Shown here: piece after piece, positions 1 to 13,539 of the stretch | Numbering within the stretch: the stretch's first letter is position 1 | How the letters are laid out: each line of letters begins with the position of its first letter | Program-made: the position numbers and the translations under genes | The notes under the pieces: model-generated | Seen by the model: only the letters and a program-made list of their open reading frames with translations | What the model was told of the DNA's origin: nothing | The model's database searches: none | NCBI RefSeq assembly: GCF_006345805.1 | Contig: NW_021834711.1 | Location: forward strand, 1-62,859 | DNA: 62,859 bases | Direction: 5' to 3' | From: Octopus sinensis | Taxonomy: Eukaryota

Positions 1-27
1 CGCATTGGCTATGACAGAAAGTTATCA

Positions 28-691
28 TGGCGATTCCTGTTTGAGAGACCTATGTAAATGTATGAAGTGTATGAGCTGCACACAAGTGTAACAGTGGTTC
101 AGACGTTTCCAAGATGGCCGAAAAGATGTCGATATTGACGAACGTTCTGGGAGACCTGCAAGCAGCAGAACTGGGAAAAACATCGCAGATGTGCGTGCAG
201 CTGGGCGGGGAAATCGTCAAATTACCATCCGTGAATTAATAGAGAATGTGCAGATTAGTTACGGTTCAGTTCAGTCTATTATCAATGAAGATTTGGGTAT
301 GAAACGCGTGTCTGCCAAGTTTGTGCCAAAACTGATTTCGGGTGACCAAAAACACTCGGGTTTCAGCTGCACAAGATCTTGTTGATTTTTTGAAAACTTT
401 ACGTAGGCCTCTGAGCAAATATCGTAAAATTTGATGCAGAATCTCAGATATTGGCAAAATTTGATGCAGATTCTCTGCTCAACTTTCTCTCTTATGGTTA
501 ATGGTACGATTACACGCTACACACCTTCCTTCCAAGCATAGCTGTAAACAGCAAAAGTGAATTAGAACGTTAAAGCTTAGCGCGCTGGCACAGCAGAGTT
601 GTAGGTCAATTTGTGACAAGCGGCTTCACACTGTGCGCTTTAGTCTCGTTACTATGACAACAGTCAGGATACTTATTGATCAGACCACGTA
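28..691. mobile_element. Mariner-type DNA transposon remnant with convergent (inverted) 5' portions
   Basis: The + strand translates to QWFRRFQDGRKDVDIDERSGRP...IINEDLGMKRVSAKFVPKL (mariner N-terminal HTH region). The - strand at ~400-480 reads EQRICIKFCQ, the transposase start. A TIR-like end, ggatacttattgatcagaccacg-TA, lies at 667-691. Confidence 0.8.
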
Positions 692-908
692 TATATATAT
701 TTTCGATATATAAATACATATATATATATATTTTTTTTTTTGCGCCCTTTTCAAGCCTACCCAGGCGTATTTGTTCCCCCCAGCTGGACGGAACGTCAGT
801 CTATCGCAGCGTTACTCAAGAAGCAGGAAGAAAGAGTGAGAGAAAGTTGGGGCGAAAGAGTACAACAGGGTTCGCCACCACCCGCTGCCGGAGTCTCGTG
901 GAATTATT

Positions 909-1037
909 GTGGCTGTGTGGTTTAGTCCCACGGCGTGACCCCTGGAGGAAGTGTCTTCTACTGTAGCCTTGTTTCCGCCAAATCCTTGTGAGTGGATTTG
1001 ATGGACAGAGACTGAAAGAAGCTCGTAGTATATTTTT

Positions 1038-1074
<37 letters not shown>

Positions 1075-1288
1075 TGCGTGTCTTTGTGTCTGTGTTTGTC
1101 CCCCAATCACCGCTCGATAACTGGTGTTGGTGTGTCTCGGCACCCCTAACCTTAGAGGTTCGCCAAAAGACACCGATAGAATAAGTAGCAAGCTCTAAAT
1201 AAGATGTCTTGGGGTCGATTTGTTCGATTAAAACCTTTCAAGACAATGCCCCAGTATGGCCGTATTTAAAGTGACTGAAACAAATAAC
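909..1288 (+). mobile_element. tRNA-derived SINE family A (diverged copy)
   Basis: Same head / internal (TG)n / tail layout as the copy at 1379-1790. Confidence 0.8.
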
Positions 1289-1342
1289 ATATTTGTGTAT
1301 GTGTGTGTGTCTGTACACACGCATACAGACAGACACAAATAT

Positions 1343-1378
<36 letters not shown>

Positions 1379-1379
<1 letters not shown>

Positions 1380-1790
1380 GGCGTAGGAGTGGCTGTGTGG
1401 TAAGTAGCTTGCTTACGAACCATATGGTTCCGGTTTCAGTCCCACAACGTGGCACCTTGGGTATGTGTCTTCTACTATAGCCTCGAGCCGACCAAAGCCT
1501 TCAGAGTGGATTTGGTAGACGGAAACTGAAAGAAGCCCGTCTTATATATATGTATATATATACATATATATATGTGTGTGTGTGTGTGTGTGCATGTTTG
1601 TCTGTGTTTGCCCCCCCCCCCTCAACATCGCTTGACACCCGATGCTGGTGTGTTTACGCCCCCGTAACTTAGCGGTTCGGCAAAAAAGAGACCGATAAAA
1701 GAGTAAGTCCTGGGGTCGATTTGCTCGACTAAAGGCGGTGCCCCAACATGGTCACAGTCACATGACTGAAACAAGTAAAAGAGCAAAAGA
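1379..1790 (+). mobile_element. tRNA-derived SINE family A, full length
   Basis: A-box-like TGGCTGTGTGG and B-box-like GGTTTCAGTCCC, an internal (TA)/(TG) microsatellite, and the tail GGCGGTGCCCCAACATGG...GACTGAAACAAGTAAAAGAG. More than 10 dispersed copies occur in the window. Confidence 0.9.
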
Positions 1791-1835
1791 GATATATACA
1801 TCGTATATTTATGTATATATATGTATGTGTGTGTG

Positions 1836-1866
<31 letters not shown>

Positions 1867-1983
1867 AAAGTTAAAATTTACAGAAAACAAAGACGAAGAC
1901 AAGTGTATGAGCAACAGGTGTATGAATTATTTGCGGATAGATTTTAACAGCAAAATCTTATACGGACCCCTAAATGCCATATC

Positions 1984-2018
1984 TGTGGTTCTCAACCGGG
2001 GTCCGGTTGAGAGCCACA
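1984..2018. repeat. 35-bp palindrome resembling a collapsed hAT-type MITE (paired TIRs)
   Basis: tgtggttctcaaccgg-ggt-ccggttgagagccaca: 16-bp arms with 1 mismatch. The arm resembles the CAGTGGTTCTCAAC termini of hAT/Charlie elements. Confidence 0.45.
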
Positions 2019-2502
2019 AATCTTATGAACGGAATAACTTTTTATTATCTTTGCTGTTTTAGTTCAATTGGTTGCTCTATGTTTACCATTTCAAGGACAT
2101 TCATAGGGGACGACGTATTATGTCCCACCACTTGGATAATATAGATTGCTCGAACAGAACTAAACTAGATATAAACAACGGGAGCAAAAACATAAGTAAA
2201 ACTTTCATTAAATATATCGATCTCTGTACGGTTGAAACCAACGCCTTGTCTACATTAATGTAACGCATACACGGAGTGGAATGGTTGAGAGAGATCGGTT
2301 CAATTGCCATATTGAGTTTTGTTCATACATCGATAGGTTATTAAGAAAAAAGAGTTGAAGAGTGGAACAAAACATTGTTGGATGCATGAAAATTACGAAA
2401 GTTGTATGTGTATGTATTCTGTATGAGTGTACAAGTATGTGGTGGTGGTGGTGATGGTAGGAATCTGTTTCCTTACATTCATCTATAACAACATAAATAT
2501 AC

Positions 2503-2550
<48 letters not shown>

Positions 2551-2591
2551 TATATATATGCATACATGCATATATATATTTATATATATAT

Positions 2592-2815
2592 ACTCTTTAA
2601 CTCTTTACTCTTTTACTTGTTTCAGTCATTTTGACTGCGGCCATGTTGGAGCACCACCTTTAGTCGAGAAACTCGACCCCGGGACTTATTCTTGTAAGCC
2701 CAGTACTTATTCTATCGGTCTCTTTGGCCGAACCGCTAGGTGACGGGGACATAAACACACCAGCATCGGTTGTCAAGCAATGCTAGGGGGACAAACACAG
2801 AAACACAAACATACA

Positions 2816-2868
<53 letters not shown>

Positions 2869-3026
2869 ATATACGAACGGGCTTCTTTCAGTTTCCGTCT
2901 ACCAAATCCACTCACAAGGCTTTGTCGGCCCGACCGAGGCTATAGGTAGAGACACTGCCCAAGATGCCACACAGTGGGACTGAACCCGGAACCGTGTGGT
3001 TGCTAAACAAGCTACTTACCACACAG
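2592..3026 (-). mobile_element. SINE family A, full length
   Basis: Reverse complement of the 1379-1790 element. Confidence 0.9.
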
Positions 3027-3029
3027 TCA

Positions 3030-3032
3030 TAC

Positions 3033-3064
<32 letters not shown>

Positions 3065-3074
3065 TATCTATATA

Positions 3075-3116
<42 letters not shown>

Positions 3117-3120
3117 TATA

Positions 3121-3164
<44 letters not shown>

Positions 3165-3298
3165 TGCATGTATTTTTATGCAAACCATGAGCACATTTTT
3201 GTGTTGTTACGTAGGAGGATGTGAAGGAATTTGCGTATATGAATGTAACTATAAATACAAATATATATTACTTATAAATATCACATATATGTATATAC

Positions 3299-3336
<38 letters not shown>

Positions 3337-3345
3337 GTGTGTATG

Positions 3346-3436
<91 letters not shown>

Positions 3437-3873
3437 TGTATGTATGAGTATATTTATAGAGTACATGTAAATTTCTCTTTATGCGAATCTGTATGCATGC
3501 AATTATGTTGCAATGTGGGTCAAGGAAATATCTTTAAAAACATGTACACGTGTATTTATGTGACTGCTTTAGTACATTTATTACAATGTACACAAACTCA
3601 CACACACACACACACACGAACACACAGACAAACAGACGCACACGCGCACCACACACACACACACACATGCATCCATACATCCATATATACACATGCACCC
3701 ATACCTATTTATATGTGTGTGTGTGTGTGTGTGCGTGTCGCGTGTCTGTGTAAATGTGTAGGTATATATAGATATGCATATACATACATACATACATATC
3801 TATGTATATATATATATATATATATATATGATATGTATATATATATATATATTATATGTATTTATATATAAAG

Positions 3874-3914
<41 letters not shown>

Positions 3915-4359
3915 ACTTATATATATATATATATATACATATGTACATATACATACATATATTATATATGTATGCATGTATATGTACATATGTGTATATG
4001 TTACGTTCTTACGTCACCTATCTTAGTATACTTTGCAAACAGAGGTGTTTATTAAATGAAAACGGTGGTGAGATAGATGTATAAAGAAATAAAAAAAATA
4101 CAAAAAAGAATACAAGCAAGAACAACAACCACAACAAAAACACAAATAATAGCAGCAAAGATTAGCAGAAATCGCTCGCACACACACAAACACAGACACA
4201 CATACAAATAAACACAGATACACACCACACTCATGAACTCTCGCAAACGCAACTAACACATACACCAAAATACAGGCTCCCACAAACCAACAAAAACATA
4301 ACATAGCACAAACAGTTATACGTACACATGTATAGGTATAACCGCACACACACACACTT

Positions 4360-4402
<43 letters not shown>

Positions 4403-4638
4403 TGCCGATATAAACCATGCACATACGAAATTCCAATAAAAGAAAGGGTGAGAGGATGCCTGTTAAGGTGGATACGGTATGTGTGAGTGTGTATAGGTGC
4501 GTGTATGTGTAGAGGGGTTATTGATGCTATTAGTAGTCGTAGAATTGTTGTTGTTGTCGGTGGTGGCGGTGGTGGTGGGGGTGGGGGTACTGATAATGGT
4601 GGCGGTAGTGATGTTAGTGTAGACGTTAGTGCAATCAA

Positions 4639-4685
<47 letters not shown>

Positions 4686-4806
4686 TATTATTATTATTAT
4701 TATTATCATCATCTTCATCATCATCATCATCATTATTATTATTATTATTATTGTTATTATTATTATTATTATTATCATTATTATTGTTATTGTTGTTGCT
4801 TTTTGT

Positions 4807-4838
<32 letters not shown>

Positions 4839-5042
4839 TTATTATTATTCTATTGAAGAAAACCATTCATTTATATTCCCAACATCAAACCCCGCCATTT
4901 TTACTGTTGTGGTTGTTGTTTTATGATCATCATCATCATCATCATCATCATTATTATTATTATTATTATTATTAATATTATTATTATTATTATTATTATT
5001 ATCATTATTATTATTATCATTATTTTATCATCATCATCATTA

Positions 5043-5090
<48 letters not shown>

Positions 5091-5538
5091 CATTATTTTT
5101 TTGAAGCGATTACATTGTGTATTACTCTTCCAGTAAGACAAATACACCAACTGTTTACCATTGGAACAGTAAACAAACTGCTCCATTAATACTGGTGCCA
5201 TACCAAACGAGCAATATTCCTCCTCCTCCTTCTCCTCCTCTTCATCCTTCTTCTTCTTCTTCTTCTTTCTTTTTCTCTACTCTTTCCATATTTTTCTTGA
5301 CTTTGTGGTTACTTTGTTTTTCTCTACCTCCATGTTGTTTACAAGATTTAGTTGTTTTTTTTTTCAATACGATATATATATATGCATATATAAATATATA
5401 TATATATATATATTATACATTACACACACACACACACACACACAAACACACACATTTTATATATATTTATTAGCATTTTAATTTAATTTATTCCTCTTCT
5501 TTCTCACTGTCAGTATATATACACACATATATATTACT

Positions 5539-5594
<56 letters not shown>

Positions 5595-5724
5595 CATATA
5601 TACACACACATATATATATATTATTTCCATATGTAATATATATGTATACGTACATATATACAAACATACTTACATTTCCATACATGTCTGACTGTATGTA
5701 TATATATATGTATATATATATAAA

Positions 5725-5815
<91 letters not shown>

Positions 5816-5825
5816 TATATATAAT
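3030..5825. repeat. Compound microsatellite block: (AT)n, (AC)n, (GGT)n, (ATT)n, (ATC)n, (GTT)n
   Basis: Directly visible; the overlapping ORFs are homopolymeric or dipeptide repeats. Confidence 0.95.
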
Positions 5826-6406
5826 CGTGTGACATTTTCTCTGTTTTCTCGTGTTTTTCTATGTTTGTGTTGTCGTTATACTTTCGTTTTCTTTCTTCCA
5901 AAAATTTAATGCTTTTAGCTTAGATTTTTGGGGTCTTACCAATTTTGAATAGTATCAAGTATAACAGGCCGAAATTCTAATGATAATTGGAAACTTGACT
6001 GATGAACAGAAGGCCACTAATCCGTTCTTTATTTTCTCATGTCCGTCTTTGTATCGTCTATTTGTGCGTATGTTTTTATTTTCGTCCTTTACCTTCTTAT
6101 TCTGTTTTTAGGATTTAGATATACGTACAGCGGCGTACGTACATCTTTTGCTCACCTTCTATATATGTATCTAAATTCTGTACGACTGTTATTTTCTTCT
6201 TTTAATCCTGCTTATACTTTCTTCTTTCTTCTTTTCTTTTTCTCGCTCACCTTCCTTCACATTTCTTGGCATTCTCCTTTAATTTCTCTACTTTCCTTCG
6301 TTATCACCCTTGTACCTTTCCCACTGTCCCCTCCTCCCTCTCTTTTCCATGTCTCCCACTCTTTTCCCTCTCTCCCCCTCTCTCTCTCTTTCCCTCTCTT
6401 TCTCTC

Positions 6407-6440
<34 letters not shown>

Positions 6441-6443
<3 letters not shown>

Positions 6444-6988
6444 GCGAACCAACGAAGCTACACGAAGAAGATAGCCACTGTGCAGCATATAAGCTATTGG
6501 GAAAGACTCGAGAGATTGAGACTCTATTCCTTAGAGCGTAGGCGAGAAAGATATCCCATAATATACATCTGGAAGATCCTAGAAGGACTTGCCCCAAACT
6601 TTAGTATCGAGAGTTACACAAATGCCAGAACTGGGCGCCACTGCATAGTGCCAAGGACTCCAAATTTGCCATCAAGATGTAGGACAAAATACTGTGATAG
6701 CCTGGGCTTCCGAGGCCCACAGCTCTTCAATATACTCCCGAAGAACCTAAGAGACCTGCATGGAGTGGATGTAGGTGTCTTCAAAATAAAGCTGTACCTC
6801 TTACTGTCAAGGGTCCCAGATGAACCAACTTCACGGCAGGAGGTGCAGATTAGGGCAGCTGCATCGAACTCTCTCATGCACCAAATGGCATTTGCTAAAA
6901 AGCATTCGTGAAGTAAAATCATGTAGCAACACCAAATGGCGGTGCCCCAGCATGGCCACAGCTTGTGAGCTGAAACTAAATAAAATAA
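6441..6988 (+). mobile_element. CR1-clade LINE, 5'-truncated 3' end inserted in (TA)n
   Basis: ISYWERLERLRLYSLERRRERYPIIYIWKILEG...GPQLFNILP matches the C-terminal motif of CR1-type ORF2. It ends in a short 3' UTR and a taaaa tail, with (TA)n on both sides. Confidence 0.85.
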
Positions 6989-7069
6989 TATATATATATA
7001 TATATATATGTCGTGTTTCTGCCGCTCTGTAAGGCAATATGAGGGCTAGTGTTATTCTTAAGGAATTCT

Positions 7070-7766
7070 GGACGTTTTTTCATCAGTTGCCTCCTTCATA
7101 GATTTAACTGGGAACAATAATTGTCTCGATTCAACATCAGATTTTGTGCCTATCCAATCCAACTATATACAGTACGAAACACGACCTTCTTCAGAGTGAT
7201 TTAAAGTGGTTGATTTCGTTTTTCTCCTGGACTTTTTTCGTCCCCTGTTGTAACATGTGATTGTTCTTTTCAAACATGGGTCGCTGTTGTTGCGTTTGAG
7301 CAGAATATCGCAGATTGAGATGCTGTTCATTAATTATCTTTTCCTTAAATTATGGAGGAACCCAAACATCAAAGTGGTTCCCGTAACCAAGTATTTTGAA
7401 ATGCCTTATAACTGTCATACGAAACGTATGGGAATCATTGTGATGTCTCGTGTCACATGGCCCGGATTATTTTCGCTGCACATTTCGATTTGGTCAACAT
7501 CAAAACTTCTAGCCTTGCCGGAAAGTTCACGGTCTTCTTGATGAAACTGTTCCTTCCTAACCCCAGCGAGCCTTTACAAACAGTTCTCTCGAGTATGGCA
7601 CATTCATCTTAGACTGCATGAATCTTTTTCCTTTCATAAAATGTATCTCATTTCCCTCCCTTTTCACTTTTAATGTAAAATCAATAGAAATAAACTATCC
7701 ACACATTAATCTTGTGTTTAAAAGCCAGAAATTGGAAGAGGAGAGAACTTTTGTTCCAGTCCAATA
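7070..7766 (-). mobile_element. Degenerate mariner transposon remnant
   Basis: The - strand at ~7260-7380 reads HFDVWVP..., resembling the WVPHEL...ICD.LLKRN region. A TIR-like aacttttgttccagtccaata lies at ~7746-7766. Confidence 0.6.
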
Positions 7767-7994
7767 TTTGTGAATAAAATGGTATATAAACATGTATGTT
7801 TGTGCGTGGGCATGTGTGTGTGTGTGAATGTATGTGTGTATCTCTCTATCACTCGCTCTGTCTCCTTATACTTTATTTATACACACACACAGAATATAGA
7901 AAAGAAATTTTAAAGGTCGTCATTAAAAGATGTAATTATATCTAGCCGAAAGTAATACATATATTCCCAAAACTTTTTCTTCTCTAGTCACAGA

Positions 7995-8190
7995 GCCCGA
8001 ATTTTTTTGTGGTGGTGGTGGTGGTGGTGGGGGAGGCAGTCGATTAGATCGACCACATTACGCAACTCGTGCTTAATTTATCGACCCCGAAAGGATGAAA
8101 GGCAAAGTCGAACTCGGCGGAATTTGGACCCAGAACGTAAAGACAGACATTTCGCCTGGAGTGCTAACGTTTCTGCCAGTTCGCTGCCTT
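7995..8190 (-). mobile_element. tRNA-derived SINE family B (tail type 2)
   Basis: Contains tcgaccccgaaaggatgaaaggcaaagtcga, the reverse complement of the family-B central domain. Confidence 0.75.
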
Positions 8191-8214
8191 TGAATTCCGA
8201 AAATTCTGTTTTGA

Positions 8215-8553
8215 TTCTGACCATGCTGGAGCACCACCTTTAGTCGGACAAATCGATCACTAGACTTATTCTTTGTAAGCATAATACTTATTCTATCGGT
8301 CTCTTTTGCCAAACCGCTAAGTTACGGGGACGTAATCACACCAACATCAGTTGTTAAGCGATGGTGGGGAACAAACACAGACACACAAACATATACATAC
8401 ATACATACATATATACGACGGACTTCTTTCAGTTTCCGTCTACCAAATCCCGAGGCTATGGTGAAAGACACTTGCCCAAGGTGTTACGCAGTGGGACTGA
8501 ACTCGGAACCGTGTGGTAAGCAAGTTACTCACCACACAACCACTCCTGCGCCT
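8215..8553 (-). mobile_element. SINE family A
   Basis: Reverse-complement match to family A. Confidence 0.85.
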
Positions 8554-8596
8554 ATGTAAATATATATTTACTCATACACAGACACACAAACACACA

Positions 8597-8636
<40 letters not shown>

Positions 8637-8774
8637 ACACACGCACACACACACACACACACAAACACACACAAACACACACACACACACACACTCATAA
8701 CAGTTCAGCATTCAAGTGAATTAGGTACTCAAAGGGTAAAGCACCGGGTGGAGTCAAACAAGCGGTACCGCGTA

Positions 8775-9552
8775 TATTACCTGGGTATTTACATGAGTAA
8801 CGATGCATCCTTTCATGTGCAGCATATTACTAAATTGGGAATGAAATGCAGGAGGCTGACCGGATGGATTTTAGAACTTTAAGAACAAGAGATCAGGAAA
8901 CCATGATGGTCCTCTGAGGCCACTTGTCCTAAGCCACTTTGACTATTGCTCTCATCTATGTTCACCAACCAGTATCAAATTAATCTTAGAACTTGAGGCA
9001 ATCCAACGAAGCTACACGAAGAAGATAGCCTCTATGCAGCATATAAGCTATTGGGAAAGACTCAAGATATTAAGACTGTATTCCTTAGAGCGTAGGCGAG
9101 AAAGATATGCCATAATATACATTTGTAAGATCCTGGAAGGAATAGTCCCAAACTTTGGCATCGTGAGTTACACAAATACTAGAACTGTGTGCCATTCCAT
9201 AGTGCTAAGGGCTCCAAATTTGCCATCGAGATGTAGGACAAGATACTGCAATAGCTTGGGCTTCAGAGGTCCACAGCTCTTCAATATCCTCCCGAAGGAC
9301 CGGAAAGACCTGCATGGGGTAGATGTAGGTGTCTTCAAAATAAAGCTGTACTTCTTACTGTCAAGGGTCCCAGATGAACCAACTTCGCGGGAGGAGGTGC
9401 AGATGAGGGCAGCCGCATCAAACTCTCTCATGCACCAAATGTCAATTCCTAAAAAGCATTCGTGAAGTAAAATTATATAGCAACATCAGATGGTGGTACC
9501 CCAGAAAGCCCAAAGCACGTGAGCTGAAACTAGATAAAATAAAATGAAATAA
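8775..9552 (+). mobile_element. CR1-clade LINE, 3' fragment (second copy)
   Basis: LGIYMSNDASFHV...; ORF 9034-9465 is closely similar to the 6441 copy and has the same 3' UTR. Confidence 0.85.
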
Positions 9553-9929
9553 AGAAATATAACGAATTACAGACAGATTATTATTCCAGTTGTATATACA
9601 ATTAACTACACCCGGCTGAGTATATTATGAATCTGAAGGTTGTATTTAGGAACACACACTGCACCAATTGTACTGCACATAATAGACTCCAGATCCACGC
9701 TAATAGCAGGTTCCGAGTGAGGCGAATAATATATAAAAATAACAATAGATTATTGCGGCTATTACTAGTCAGGGAATCATGAAGTGACACAAACTGGTGA
9801 CTTTTAGAACGTCTTAAATTTGTAATTCGTGTATATTCACGTGATGAAAACTCTTTATTTGCATGATGTAATCTCTCTATTTGTCAATAAAAAAAACTCT
9901 TGGAAACAGCTGCTGTGAAAGAACCATTA

Positions 9930-9938
9930 TTCATATAT

Positions 9939-9990
<52 letters not shown>

Positions 9991-10134
9991 ATATATATAT
10001 ATAATATATACAGGATACATACATATATTCACACACACACATGCACACACACACACACACATGTATATATCTGTATGTATGTATATATATATATATATAT
10101 ATGTGATGATAATAATAATAATAATAATAATATG

Positions 10135-10169
<35 letters not shown>

Positions 10170-10280
10170 CATAATAATAATAATAAATTATTATTATTAT
10201 ATTATTATTATTATTATTATTAATCATATATATATTATACATTTATTATATCATTATCATCATTATTATTATTATTATCA

Positions 10281-10311
<31 letters not shown>

Positions 10312-10440
10312 ATTATTATTATTATTAATTATTATTATTATTATTATTATTATTATCATATATATCTATATTATTATTATTATCATTATCATCATTATTA
10401 TTATTATATCATTATATTATTATTATTATTATTATTATTA

Positions 10441-10481
<41 letters not shown>

Positions 10482-10500
10482 TATTATTATTATTGTTATT
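9930..10500. repeat. (AT)n/(AAT)n/(ATT)n microsatellite block
   Basis: Directly visible. Confidence 0.95.
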
Positions 10501-10607
10501 CGGGAAGATTAATTCCGAGTCCACAGGTATGAGACATTCAAATTAAAGGTACTAAGGTGAACTTCTCTCAATATTTTATTCATATATATATAAAACTAGT
10601 TCTAGGA

Positions 10608-10757
10608 GCAGAACCACCCTCAACTCAATCAACATTGACAGATATTATACCCGACCGAAGCATAAAATATTAAATATTAAATATCAAATATTTAATATTT
10701 TATGGCTCGGTCGGGTATAATATATTTCAATGTTGATTGAGTTGAGGGTGGTTCTGC
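10608..10757. repeat. Inverted repeat with ~70-bp arms (long hairpin)
   Basis: gcagaaccaccctcaactcaatcaacattg...aaatatt is followed by its near-perfect reverse complement ending ...gttgagggtggttctgc. Confidence 0.9.
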
Positions 10758-10777
10758 CTGTAAACCTACATATAAAC

Positions 10778-10810
<33 letters not shown>

Positions 10811-10824
10811 GTGTGGTGTGTGTG

Positions 10825-10868
<44 letters not shown>

Positions 10869-10871
<3 letters not shown>

Positions 10872-12144
10872 GGTGTTTCAAAAAATTTGATATCATTTCG
10901 CATTGTCAGCTCTCGTTCAAATGACTTTATATTTCAACAGATCAAAATTTTGTTTAATGCTTGATATGCTTATCTTTTCAGGTATAGAAGTGGCATTCAC
11001 TGGAAGAGAAAAGGCGTTTTGTGTGTTGGAGTATTCTCAAACACAGTCGAACAAGGCTGTGCAGCGTGCGTTTGTGAGAGAGGTCTCTAAAAAGTCACCA
11101 ACAGCAATGCAGTTTTGGACATGGCATAGATCATACAAAAAGAGGAAAGCAGTCTGTGCAGGGCAAAAGGATCTGTACGACCACTAACATCAGAGGAGAC
11201 GGTCGAGCGGGTTCGCCAAAAACTCTTGCGAAGCCCCAAGAAGTCCATAAAAAGAACAAGTCTGGGTATCCAGATTCCTCCAACGACACTTTGGCGCGCC
11301 CTGAGGAAACGCTTGCTAATGAAACCCTACAAGTTGCAGCTCATTCAGGCCAGAACGGCAGATGAAATGCGGAAGGGCAAACAGTTCTGTGTTGATATGT
11401 AAAGAGAAACTTGAAGAAGCCGAGTTCAAGTAACGTCTTGCTTTCAGCGATGAGTCCACATTTCATACGAATGGCAAAGTCAATAAGCATAATGTTCGCA
11501 TTTGGGGCGAAAGAAATCACCATACTACAGTTGAGCATGAGGGGCTCACCAAAAGTGAATGTATTCTGTGCCATCTCCAAGAAGCATCTTCATGGGCCGT
11601 CTTTCTCTGAGGAAATTGCGACTGGCGATGCTTATCTGCAAATGCTTCAGAACTGGCTAATGGATGAACTCATTGCAACTGAACATGAAGACTTCATTTT
11701 TCAACAGGACAGGACACTGTGGGGACTAATCTCAATGAAAATCTGCTGGAAGATGGATCGAGCGTGCTGGTAATGAAGACAATGTGCTGTTGAAATGGCC
11801 GCCACGTTCACCTGACCTGACATCTTGCGATTTTTTTCTGTGGGACTATGTGAAGGGCCTGGTCTGTGTCCCTGCCTCTTCCTACAAACCTAGAGGAACT
11901 CGAGCAGAGAATCACTACCGCATTGGAGACTGTTACCCAGGACATGCTGCAGCGTGTATGGGAGGAGCTGGACTACTGACCTGATGAGTGGTGTATCTCA
12001 GGCGGTGCACATATTGAAGATTTGTGAAATCGTTCATAAAATCCACATGGAATCCACACACCTTTAAATTCCTCATTCAAATTTGGGGGAATAAATCTTG
12101 TGTTTGCTCAACATTAAGACTGTTTCTGACTTTGAACACACTTG
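10869..12144 (+). mobile_element. Tc1/mariner-superfamily transposon (rosa/DD41D-like), frameshifted transposase
   Basis: TA-CAGGGTGTTTCAAA...TTTGAACACACTTG-TA ends. Motifs EKAFCVLEYSQTQS, FSDESTFH, KVNVFCAIS, FIFQQD and WPPRSPDLTSCDFFLWDYVK are spread over several frames. Confidence 0.85.
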
Positions 12145-12157
12145 TATATATATATAT

Positions 12158-12203
<46 letters not shown>

Positions 12204-12819
12204 GTGTATGTATGTATGTATGTATATATATATTACTCAGTTTTGCTTACAGCAATCGTTGTTATTGTTTTTCTTTACAGGTAGCCATAGAAATAGCGTC
12301 AATATATTTTCCTAGCATCATCATCAACCTCATCATAATTGTCAGTAACAGCAGTAGCATCATGAACGCCATCATCACCATCATCATCATCTTCATCATC
12401 ATCTTCATCTTCATTATCATTCAGTTTACCATCAAAGAACAAAGAAAGCAACGGTGATGTTACGTAAAACACATCTACAGATGACGTCAGAGCCAACATT
12501 GCCGAATAAACAACACAAACATAGAGACAGTGCAACCTTTTTTTGATTGATAGACTCTCTTTCGTTCAGATTGCAAATCAACATTAACGTTACATACACC
12601 GAAAAACATACAACTTTCTATACGCGCACTCACATACACCCGCACATATATGTACACTTATATACTCATACATATGGACATAAATAGTTATAAAGATACA
12701 TACATATATATATATGTATATATATGTATGTATATATGTATATAATTATATATATGTATATATGTATATAATTATATATATGTATCATATATTATATATG
12801 TGTATTATATATTATGTAT

Positions 12820-13174
12820 ATGGCTGAGTGGTAAGTAGCTTGCTTACCAGCTTCATGGTTACGGGTTCAATCCCACTGCGAGTGTCTTCTACTATAGGCT
12901 AAGCCGACCAAAGCCTTGTGAGTGGATTTGGTAGACGGAAACTGAAAGAAAACCCTCGTGTATATATATATATATATATGCGCGCGTGTGTGAGTGTGTG
13001 TGTCTGTGTTTACTCCACCAGCATTGCTTGACAACCGATGTTAGTGTGTCTACGTCACCGTAACTTAGCGGTTCGGCAAAAGAGACCAATAGAATAGGTA
13101 CTAGGCCGAATACGAAGACTTGGAGTCGATTTGCATGGCCGCAGTCAAATGACTGAACAAAATAAAAGAATAAA
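12820..13174 (+). mobile_element. SINE family A
   Basis: Head, internal microsatellite and tail match family A, with small deletions. Confidence 0.85.
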
Positions 13175-13193
13175 GACTATAGATATATATATG

Positions 13194-13263
<70 letters not shown>

Positions 13264-13539
13264 ACACACACACACACAGATATTTAATCCAAGTATTTTT
13301 TCTTCCTCATTCCTTTATTGTGGAAGAGAATATGCTCGAAATGTCAAACGTCAAGTACTTTTCCTAACACATTTTTGTTGTTCTCTCACTTGTCTCGTTC
13401 TTTTTTTTTTTGTGTATGATATTCAACTATATATATAAATAAATATATATATATATAATATAGATTAATCACAAACAATTGTTTCACTATCAATAAATTA
13501 CGTAATTTTCCTTACACAATTTATCAAACGCGCCTGGGC

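Noticed and set aside
2964-5685. Many ORFs of 60-210 aa (YIYI, poly-I/L/N/H), and similar ones at 9.9-10.5, 21.7-23.1, 30.2-35.9 and 51-52 kb
   Set aside because: They are translations of stop-free microsatellites, with no domain content or splice evidence.
6039-6911. 290-aa ORF as a host membrane protein
   Set aside because: The N-terminal half is T-rich low-complexity sequence read through (TA)n into a CR1 fragment.
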